Position numbers and translations under genes: made by a program. A stretch of DNA of 64,000 nt from Octopus sinensis. Taxonomy: Eukaryota. The notes under the pieces are model-generated. The model made no database searches. It saw nothing but the letters and a program-made list of their open reading frames with translations, and was not told the origin of the DNA. Below, one piece after another: positions 37,407-48,229 of the stretch (the stretch's first letter is position 1; each line of letters opens with the position of its first letter). The stretch is taken from positions 92,070,001-92,134,000 of the forward strand of contig NC_043000.1 of assembly GCF_006345805.1 (NCBI RefSeq). The letters run 5' to 3'.

Positions 37407-37935
37407 TGGGAAGGCATAGCTATTGATCGTAGCAGGTGGAAAAGGATTGTGCATGAGGGGACAGCTACTTTTGAGAAATCTCGAGTTGCACATGAGAAAG
37501 TAAGGAGGGATGTCAGGAAGGGCATTGCTGTTACACTTCCTGATGGGAAGGGTCTTCCTATGATGCTGACATGTAGTGTCTGTGCAAGACCCTGCCTCAG
37601 TAAAGCTGGACTCAAGAGTCATCTTCATAGTCATAAAGCGAGACAGATGAGTGACAACCTGGCCACTGGTGGTGGTGTAACACACCATACTAATCATATC
37701 TGTCGGGAATGTGGAAGAGAGTGTAATTTGGCAGGAGGACTTAGGCGACATGCAAAGGTACATGAAGCCCAGTTGCAAGTACAGCCGGCTATTACCGTTA
37801 AAGATTTTAGTTGCCAAATCTGTACAAAACATTGTAGATCTTTAGCTGGGCTAAAAAGTCACATTCGATCACAGCACCAATAACAGTTAAGCTTCGTGCA
37901 ATGGCCATACTCGATAACGAGGGGGCAGCAATCAT
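37407..37935 (+). mobile_element. 5'-truncated RTE-clade LINE whose ORF ends in three C2H2 fingers
   Basis: WEGIAIDRSRWKRIVHEG..FE..R..RK, then CSVC..H..H, CREC..H..H and CQIC..H..H; open 37407-37883; short 3' UTR. Confidence 0.8.
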
Positions 37936-38050
37936 GTATGTAGGTATCTGTATCTATCTATCTATCTATCTATCTAACTATCTATCTATCTATCTATCTA
38001 TCTGTCTGTCTGTCTGTCTGTATATCTATCTATCTATCTATCTATCTATC

Positions 38051-38104
<54 letters not shown>

Positions 38105-38201
38105 CAAATAAGTGTAGAAATTGATATTAATCAATTAAAACCAGTGCCCTAGCATATTTAAAAAGTCCGAAGATTAAAAATTATTTTACATACAAAATTT
38201 A

Positions 38202-38338
38202 GAGGGTTGACCACTAAAAGTGCACAGCCTGTATGCTAGATATAGACGTCAAAATCGCCATTTTGACGTTTATATCAAATGGTAATTTTGACGTAGATAT
38301 CTAGCATACAGGCTGTCCACTTTTAGTGGTCAATCCTC
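38202..38338. mobile_element. Small palindromic MITE with TA flanks
   Basis: TA|GAGGGTTGACCACTAAAAGTG..CACTTTTAGTGGTCAATCCTC|TA; about 55-bp TIRs. Confidence 0.75.
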
Positions 38339-38353
38339 TAAATTTTATAAATT

Positions 38354-38397
<44 letters not shown>

Positions 38398-38409
38398 GTG
38401 TGTGTATAG

Positions 38410-39096
38410 GTCATTCCCCTAGACCCAACTCTCGTCACTGGGGATGATCCTTGACATGAAGGATGGGTGATAAGCAGTACACTATAGGTGATCGTGACAG
38501 ATTTTGATGTGATGTTCTTTCTGCTCAGTTGTCAGCAAGCAGGGAGAAAACTTGGCAGAAACACACCCCGTGTTCAATTCAAACGTCAGGATTTCTGGCC
38601 CATACAACAGACCAACAATATCAGCAATATGGTTGATTGTCCTCCGATGATCCTTATGTACAAGCTGATGAATTTTCTTCCCCTTTCCGTGGATGACACT
38701 CGTGGCTGGTCTGCCATATTACTCATCGTCTTCCAAGGACTTTCTTCTGCCTTTGAAGTACCCGTGTCACAAAAAAACATTACGTATGTTCCATTGCCTC
38801 GTCGCTGTAAGCTTGCCGAAGCATGTTCAATCTCTCAGTAGCAGACTTCCCAACTTTGACGTAAAATTTCATGTTGGATCTTTGTTCCAACTTCTTGTCC
38901 ATGACAAAATTGCAGACTACTGCAAACACGTGACCACAAAAACATAAATTTCACAACTTGTGAAGTAAACACAATGATGTTACTCAGCACACTGCCTCAT
39001 GAAGGTCATTACTGGCTCTCACTGTGAACGTAACTGTGTGCTGCCATCTGTTGGTATGCAACAGAACTAGTCTGAGAACTCTTTGATACCACCTCG
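38410..39096 (-). mobile_element. Mariner-like transposon, N-terminal half (decayed)
   Basis: TA|CGAGGTGGTATCAAAGAGTTC end; MDKKLEQRSNMKFYVKVGKSATE from 38902; truncated at IIPSDESWV (IITGDESW-like first catalytic D). Confidence 0.88.
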
Positions 39097-39625
39097 TAGT
39101 TGATTTCGTAAGAATTTTAAAATTTTGAGAACATGAAATAATTCTGTTTGGGAATCTTGAAGCAAATAAAGCTATTAATATTAACATGTAAATATTACGG
39201 TAAAAACCCTCTGGATAAAATATATCAAGTTTTACCATTGCTAAGAAAGGAATATATATGTGTGCGTCTGTGTATATGTGTCTGTATGTATGTCCCTGTG
39301 TGTGTATCTATGTGTGTGTGCATATATTCTCATATAAATGCATGCATGCACGCACCAACATTTACACATGGTTATACACACACATATATATGCAGATGTG
39401 AGAATAATACATGTGTATCATAACATTCATATTTGCACACATACATAATTGTATACACAAACACACCACTAGCACACACAAACGTTTTATAAATGTACAT
39501 ACACACTCAATTCAGGGTAGTCAACTACACTTCTAATGAAAATGATCTTGCATCAAAGCATAAACAGTCATGGTGAAGTATGCACAGCTGACCCCATCAC
39601 AGTCTCAGCAGATGCTTGGCCTTAC

Positions 39626-39790
39626 AATCTCTGATAACCCATCGAGGTGACCAGACATTCTTAAAATATGTAAGAGTGCATTATGAAGGCCTTGCATTCC
39701 ATTCACTGTGCTGGAAATACTTGTCTTCTAACAAGTTGCTGATGTTATAAAAGTTGGGATAAAATTTAGAGTAAGCTATTGCTCTCGCAT
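39626..39790 (-). other. Candidate 165-nt exon-like island with one in-frame TAA
   Basis: Acceptor tgtactgtttcag| and donor |gtaagg; the phase-1 frame is open except codon 36. Confidence 0.25.
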
Positions 39791-40217
39791 CTGAAACAGT
39801 ACAACAGCACATGCTTTGCATACACACACATACACAAGCGCACATACACACGCGCAAAAATCTAAATGTTTATCTTACAGAACAGAAAGACAAAAATGGT
39901 AATTTGCATGGAAAAACAGAATTCAAGAAGGTTGATGTTGACCTGCATCAGCAGGATTTGTATTCTTTAGAAAAACCAAAGAGGGAGAGTATAGTGAAAT
40001 ACGCACACACACACACATATATATGCATACATTTATATTTGTATATTCATATATCTATATGTGTGTATGCATATATATACGTATATGCATGTATACACTT
40101 ATACAAACATAAATTCATAGGCATATGTGTATGTGTGTGTTTGTATATACATAAATATATAAGTATAATGGTAAAAAATTCAAATAAATGAAAATCATAA
40201 GACATAGACTATTTTTA

Positions 40218-40701
40218 TATATAAGAGTGTATAAAGATTTATACCTGGAGAGAAGACCCTTGACAGGACTTCTTACGTGTTGAAAAGGGGCAGTTAAACC
40301 CAAACCATGAAAAAAGGAATTCTTAAGTCACGCTGCTAATAAGTACTAGAGTGAATAAAAAATTAGTTACCCCTGTACTTGAGTTCTGGTATTAATGACC
40401 ATATAAATTAATTTGGTATCTGTAGCTCCTCAATAAGATCGTGAAGGAATGCATAATTATGTAGTTGTGATATGTACCAAAAACACTGATCCTAACGATG
40501 AGCTACAAATACCAAATTAGTTTATTTTAATACCGAAACCCGAGTATAGGGTTAACTAATTTTTTATTCATACTAGTGATTATTAGCAGCGTTCCTTAGG
40601 AATTCCTTTTTTCGTGGTTTGGGTTTAACTGCCCTTTTAGCATGTAAGAAATTTGTCAAAGGTCTTCTCTTCATGTATAAATCTTTATACACTCTTATAT
40701 A
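40218..40701. mobile_element. Fold-back element, about 200-bp arms and about 70-bp spacer
   Basis: 40218-40428 is the diverged reverse complement of 40500-40701; both ends lie in TA tracts. Confidence 0.8.
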
Positions 40702-40891
40702 TGTGTGTATGTATGTATGTATGTATGTGTGTGTGTGTATATATATATATATACATATATATATACATACATACATACATACATACATACACACACACAT
40801 ACATATCATGATAGATTGCTAACCACTACACATTCTTTATTTTCTCTCCTTGTTTTTTCTGTGTTCCTTTCTGTGGAAGAACGTAAGCTCG

Positions 40892-41150
40892 AAATATTTT
40901 CGTCGCTTTGAGACCGCGACCTGTTCACTGACAAAACTCCGTTTTGATGCAGCATGGAGTTTCTCAGTGAACAGGTCACGATCTCAAAGCGACAAAAATA
41001 TTTTGACAAATTAAATTTAAATGTTGAAGAGAATCTAACGGATTTTGTGTGTTTCTTAACTGGCTTATAAACACCTTCCATGCTGCAATTGTTTTTGTTC
41101 CAGCACACGATCTCAGATCAGATCACTTGCTATGCAAGTACATCTCCGTA
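40892..41150. repeat. Head-to-head inverted pair of a G3-C8 HHR-bearing repeat
   Basis: Arms 40892-40940 and 40956-41003; the right copy continues to about 41150 and matches 41685-41880. Confidence 0.8.
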
Positions 41151-41214
41151 AAGAACTCCTAGAATTATCCTAAAATCACACAACAACTAGTTCTAGGTTG
41201 CAATGACATCTAAT

Positions 41215-41545
41215 AGTTCAGCATATATACTTACCTGGCACTCCATTGCTTACAGTGATGTGGGTTCTAATTGATCTGGAAAATGGAACAGCCTGCTCAT
41301 GAAATTAACACACCAATGGCTAAGCACTCCACAGATACATGTACCAGGCAGATTCACTGTGGCACAGAATGTGACAAGGCTGGCCCTTTCAAATACAAAT
41401 ACTACTCATTTTTGGCCGCTGAGTAAGCTGGAGCAACATAGAATAAAGTGTTTTGCTCAAGGACACATAGCATCCCTGGAAATCAAACTCATAACTTTAC
41501 TATTGTGAGCCAAACACTCTAACCACTAAACTATGTCCCTTCTCC
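41215..41545 (-). mobile_element. SINE family E (old copy)
   Basis: gctggagcaac..aagtgttttgctcaaggacac..ctaaccact motif, also at about 30900-31125. Confidence 0.6.
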
Positions 41546-41690
41546 ATCGACATATATATAATACAGGGAATAAAAGTGTCCTTCTTAAAATTATTTAAGC
41601 TCTTGAACTTGAAAATGTTTTAAAACTACAGTATGATTTATTTAACCTGTTGTTACCATATTTCTGTTTTGCTTGAGATGCAGCACGGAC

Positions 41691-41740
41691 TTTGTCAGTG
41701 AACAGGTCGCGGATTTTAGCGACGAAAATATTTTGACAAA
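41691..41740 (+). ncRNA. Minimal type I hammerhead motif, G3-C8 variant
   Basis: TTTGTCA-GTGAACA-G-GTCGC GGATTTTA GCGAC-GAAA-A TA T TT-TGACAAA: 7-bp stem I, 5-bp stem II, palindromic AATATT stem III. Confidence 0.7.
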
Positions 41741-42068
41741 TTAAACTTAAATGTTGGAGTGAATCGAACGGCTTTTGTGTGTTTCTTAAATGGCTTATAA
41801 ACACCTTCCATGCTGCAATTGTTTTCGTTTCAGCACACGATCTCAGATCAAATTACTTGCTATGCGAGTACATCTCCAAAAATAATAAAGAATTTACTAA
41901 AATAAGTAAAACTTGTTGCCACTTTAACATGACGGTCCATTTGAGCAGACTCTACTGCGATTTTTTAACCCCAAGAGGACATCTCCTCTAGTTGGTTAAC
42001 GATGCACAACTGTATCCAATAAAATTACGAGCAAGGGAACAAACCCTTACCATCTCCTAGCGACGGGA

Positions 42069-42119
42069 CCAGTAGACCAGTCCTGGTTTCGGGCTAATTC
42101 TTCTACTTCTCAGTACTGG
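42069..42119 (-). ncRNA. Degenerate hammerhead motif
   Basis: CCAGTA-CTGAGAA-..-GAAA-CCAG GA CTGG-TC-TACTGG; stems I and III intact, G8 and stem II damaged. Confidence 0.45.
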
Positions 42120-42298
42120 ACACCTCATCTGCTAGAGATGATAGCAGCTCACTTCTGCATGCAATATATATATTTCAAGCAAATACAGTCGCTGATTTTG
42201 CAAGAAGCAAAAATGCTAGTTCGCCTGCTTGCAATTCTATCAGATGCAGCTGTGTATTGTTAATCAATTAGAGATGTCCTTTTGTGGTTAAAAAATTG

Positions 42299-42465
42299 CA
42301 GGCGCAGGAGTGACTGTGTGGTAAGTAGCTTGCTAACCAGCCATATGGTTCCGGGTTCAGTCCCATTGCGTGGCATCTTGGGAAAATGTCTTCTGCTATA
42401 GCCCCGGGCCAACCAATTCCTTGTGAGTGGATTTGGTAGACGGAAACTGAAAGAAGCCTGTCGTA

Positions 42466-42512
<47 letters not shown>

Positions 42513-42716
42513 TTGTGTGTCTGCGTTTGTCCCCCTAGCATTGCTTGACAACTGATGCTGGTGTGTTTATGTCCCCGTCACTTAGCGGTTCGGCAAAACA
42601 GACCGATAGAATAAGTACTGGGCTTATAAAGAATAAGTCCTGGGGTCGATTTGCTCGACTAAAGGTGGTGCTCCAGCATGGCCACAGTCAAATGACTGAA
42701 ACACGTAAAAGAGTAG
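42299..42716 (+). mobile_element. SINE family A, full length
   Basis: Head, (TA)/(TG) middle and tail all present. Confidence 0.9.
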
Positions 42717-43534
42717 AGTCTGCTCAAATAGACAGCCATGTTAAAGTGATAATCTCTTAGAGAGATTTTAGAACTAGCATTTTCACTTGTTACTAAAATA
42801 ACTTGTCGTCTTTAAGTTGATGTTTTGGACATAAATTAGCATGAAATTTTGATGGAGGATTTTTATTCAGATTACTTTAAGACAGGAAGTTAATATTATT
42901 GGATTAAGAGCAGTGTGAAGGAAGGTTAGTATCAAAAGGGGTTAAGTGTTTCAACTAGTCTGCATCCATAATCTGACATAAACCATTATTGCTTATAAGC
43001 AGAACTTACTCTCTTAGCTTTTGTAGTTTAGCAGACATCACCAACCAACCATATGTTAAGTAGAGATGGCTGAGTTATAAAACCTTAAATCATTCAATCT
43101 ATGTAGTTATATTAAATCAAATATTATGTGTTGATTTAATGCATTTGTATCTGTTTGAAGTTAATCTTTGACTACACATATGCAGATATATGTTGCATTA
43201 ATTTAAGTATAATTACAATGGTTCACTGTGATGTGTCATATAATTCAAATTTCAGCTTGAAGGAGTTTTATTGTCATATTAACTCTATGATCTGTATGAT
43301 GCTTTAATAGATAAGCTTATTTAGAAAAGAAATATAATAATTTCTCTCTACCCAAAAGGGGGAAGATTTCAAACCATGCCAAGCTTGCAGGAGTTGTTGC
43401 CTTTAGATCAGGGATCAGCCAAGTTGTTAATATTGACCCCTGGAGCGGGGTCTATTTGACTATCCAAAAGCTTGCTAAACACCTGAAATGATTCTGAGCA
43501 TTAAGAGAGCAGAATTATTAGCAAGTATGGTACA

Positions 43535-43985
43535 AGTGTGGCTGTGTGGTAAGAAATTTGTTTCCCAACCACATGGTTCTGGGTTCAGTCTCACTGCACG
43601 GAACCTTGGGTAAGTGTCTTCTATTATGTGTTTGGGCCAACCAAAGCCACATGAGTGGATTTCATTGATAAGAAACTGAAACAAATCCATTGTGTATGTG
43701 TGTGTGTGTGTCTGTGTGTGTGTTTATGTGTTTGTGTGTGTTCGTATGTGTGTTTGTGTGTGTGTGTCTTTGTGACTATGTTTGTCTCCCACCATTGCTT
43801 GACAACCGATGTTGGCTTGTTTACATCCCTGTAACTTAGTGGTTTGGCAAAAGGGACCAGTAGAATAAGTACTAGGCTTACAAAGGATAAGTCCTGGGAT
43901 CGATTTCACTAACTAAAAAACACTTCAAGGCAGTGCTCCAGCATGGCTGCAGTCAAATGACTGAAACAAATAAAAGAATAAAAGA
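43535..43985 (+). mobile_element. SINE family A
   Basis: Diverged full-length copy. Confidence 0.85.
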
Positions 43986-44139
43986 ATATTGGTGCAATAA
44001 CTAGCATTCATTAAACACATATTGCTCATGAGATATTTCATCTATATCAGTGTTTGACAGCTATTTTTTGACCTACGGAACCCTTTGATTCTTATTTATT
44101 TGGTTGTCCTCTCTTTGCCGTTCACTGTTTTAGAGGTGG

Positions 44140-44705
<566 letters not shown>

Positions 44706-46519
44706 ATATTTTTATAATCAAATATTATTAGGAATTGTATTAAAAAAAAAAAAATGTCATATTCTGTGTGATGTAGAATTTTAACCAATTTATTGCAGAT
44801 AAATTTTAACTACAAAATTCTTATATGGATCTCCTAGGGCCATATGAACCCAGGTTGAGAACTGCCAATCTATATCAATATAATATCATTGAATTTTAAT
44901 TGGTCTTTATTGATTTTCTTAAGTATTTTCATGAAATATCTTTAACAATTTCTCACTAAAAAGTGGGAACAGCATGCACAAAAAAAAAGCCAAAAAGAAA
45001 AGAAAATCTTTACTGATAGATGTTGATAAGTTATCTCCGATTCCATGAAGCAGGGTCAATGATATTAGAAATTTTCTGTCTCCTGCTCCAGATAGTAATT
45101 TGGGACATGTAAAAATACTTCATATTATTTCAAGCGTAATCACACTTAACATAGTTATTTTTTAATGGTAGTTTATTTTTTATAAAATGTTAATTTCCCC
45201 TAATCATCATTGCTTTAACTTTAGCCATAGCCCACTGCTACAAGGCACATCAGTTAGAGGTTTATTTACTGGGTTATTAGATAGCATTTTGTTTGCTTTT
45301 CTGACTTTCATTAGTTTTTCTTATGTTTCTCTATCTATATTGGAAACTTTCTCTAATAATAGTATGGAGTTCTATTTTTATATCATACATTTGATGTACT
45401 GGTGTATAGCATGGCTGTGTACTTAAGAGAGTTGCTTCCCAACCATATGGTTTGGGATTCAGTCCTGCTGTGTAGCACTTTAGGCAAATGTCTAGTACTA
45501 CAGTTAAGAGCCGACCAAAATCTGGAAACTGAAAGAAGTTTGTTGTGTGTATATGTATGCATGTGTGTGTGTGTTCACGTGTGTATATGTGTGTGTGGAT
45601 GCACGCATGTGCATGTGTGTGCACCTTTGAAAGCAGGTGAGTGTTGGTGACAGAAAGAGCATCCAGTTATAGAAAAATCTGTTTCAGTAAATTCCATCCA
45701 CCCCATGCAAAGATGAAATTCTAGGTATTAAAATGTTGATGGAATTTACAGCAATACTTTACTTTCAATCTCTTTTGATCAAACACTTTTTTAATACTTT
45801 CTGATCTTTAGTAATTGACTCATATTTCTCTTGAACTAGGATTGATACTCTTCGAAGTACATATATGTATAGGTGCAGAGATGATCATGAGGTTATAAGT
45901 TTACTTTGTAACTACATAAAAGCACCTGCCTAATAACTGTGATCAAGTGCCTTCTACTACAATGCCACGTTAAAGAGAACATAGTCATGTAGACTTAGTG
46001 ACATCTGAAAGTAAAATATATTGGCCATAGAAAATGATGTAAAATTTGTGATAAGGTATGAGTGGTCAACTCATCAGTTGGTTGCATTATTGAACTAAGA
46101 ATAGTCTCAAGATAGGTTTCTTGGTTGGTTCTTCCTTATCTTCTTGATTCAGCCCTTTGCAACCTCAAAACAAAACACAAAAGTAATGTCCATTAATAGT
46201 CTGGAGTTCTTGGACTATTCCATGGATGACTTCTCTCACAGAAACTCAGACATCTAACCGTATGCCGTTTTATGGTATTACTGCATCAAACCATGATTAT
46301 CATCATCATTTAACATCCACATTCCATTCTGGCCTGGCTTTGATAGTTTGAATGGATTCAATGGGTCCAAGGAGTGCATTGTGATCTAGGGTCTGCTTTG
46401 CATGATTTTTATTACTAGATGCTCTTCCTAATGCTAACCACTTTACAGAGGGTAACTGGTGATTTTCTCATGTTACCAGCATTTTAGATGATACCATACA
46501 GCTTGTAAGATCACCAATA

Positions 46520-47255
46520 TGTATATCTGTGTAACAAAATTTTAACTTTTTTTTGTCTTTGGTCAGTAAGTGTTATTTCCTATTTGCTTCTATCTAGAAA
46601 TCAAAGGAAATGGCTACTGTTCCCTTCAAACTTTGCTTTTATCACCTGGACATCAATGTTTTGAAACTGACCTATCTTCCATTATATTTCAAATAGATTC
46701 AATACCAAGTTGCTAAAGCAGAAATACCATTATAGCAAATATTCTGCTCAATACCACAGATTTGCTTGACCATAACCACTTGAGCATGTGCCTTAGTGGC
46801 TGACAATATGCGCATCTCTGATCGTGAGCAGAAGTAGTGGGAGAGCATCATAGCCATGTGTTGAGAGGGATTCTTTGGAGTTTGAATAAATGTAACAAAA
46901 GCAAAGTTTGAAGGAAATATCAGCCATTGTTCTATATTTTAGAAATGAGGAATTCTGTACATTATTTGCGTTATTTACATTGGATGGATATGTGTTCTCA
47001 CCTTGTTTGTTGTTACCACACTGTTTTGGCTGATTTACTCTCCAGCCTTCATCGGGGTCAGGTTCAAAATTCTACCAGGACACCTGATGAAGGCTAGAGA
47101 GTAAATCAGCTGAAATGTTGTAGTAACAATAAACAAGATGAGGTCACATATCCATCCAATGTAAATAATGAAAATAAAATATCAGCCATTTTTCACGCTT
47201 TCTAGAGGTAAGCAAACAGGAAATAACAGATGCTACCCGAGGACAAAAATCATGT
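46520..47255. mobile_element. Old TIR element interrupted by a SINE fragment and an inverted HHR pair
   Basis: About 46545-46645 matches the reverse complement of 46893-46928 plus 47177-47250; AAATATCAGCCATT is repeated at 46915-46928 and 47177-47190. Confidence 0.55.
46972..47167. repeat. Head-to-head inverted pair of an HHR-bearing PLE-type repeat
   Basis: Arms 46972-47059 and 47079-47167; plus arm GACAC-CTGATGA-A-GGCT..AGCT-GAAA-TGTT; both cores mutated. Confidence 0.75.
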
Positions 47256-47890
47256 TTTACAGTGTTATGAACACTGACGTGGGTAGCAATGCACTATGCG
47301 CCAGAGCAAACCAGGTTTCTCGTTAAAGAGGAGCTACATGAATTATCACATTTTAAGGAAAAAAAAAAAAACAGGTAGGATTGACCAGGTAGAACTAGAA
47401 AGACATAAAGTACAGTAAGAAAATTCCAGTAACTTGCAAGAATAAATTCCCTTATAAAAAAAATATAAGAAAAACAAAAAAGCCCAACGAAACAAACTGC
47501 CATTACATCAGAGTAACCAACTGCAGGCTATTTCAACAGAGCAGACAATGCTCTTTTTTTTTGACACTTTTCAAGTCTTCGATTCTTCTAAAGTCAATAA
47601 ATATTGTTACTTAGGTGTTGATCGCTGAGGATTCTTGCTGTCCATAGTTGCAGTAACAATTGCTGTTGTTATTGCTGTGTCAGTTTTTCTCTTTTTTCTC
47701 TCAATTTCCCATGTTTATATTTTTATATTTATATTATTTTTATTGCTGTTTTTACCTGCAGTTGCTACCATTTTTTTGTTACTTATTTTGCTTGATTTTT
47801 TTTAAAATAATTTTTCATATTGCTTTTTATTGCTATTTTGTTTGATATTTGTGCAATTTTTCTTACTGTATATATATGTACATATATATT

Positions 47891-47955
<65 letters not shown>

Positions 47956-47969
47956 ATATAATTATATAC

Positions 47970-48096
<127 letters not shown>

Positions 48097-48229
48097 ATAT
48101 ATATATATATATGTTGCTGCACCTTTTTAAACCAACTTATTCTACCACTGTTATTTTTTTATTTATTTCTGTTTACTTATTTTCCGATATTTTTCCGTTA
48201 TTTTCTTGTCGTTAATAATGTCCCAGTTG

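Noticed and set aside
43350-43480. Unique island with open frames on both strands
   Set aside because: Strand and frame cannot be resolved
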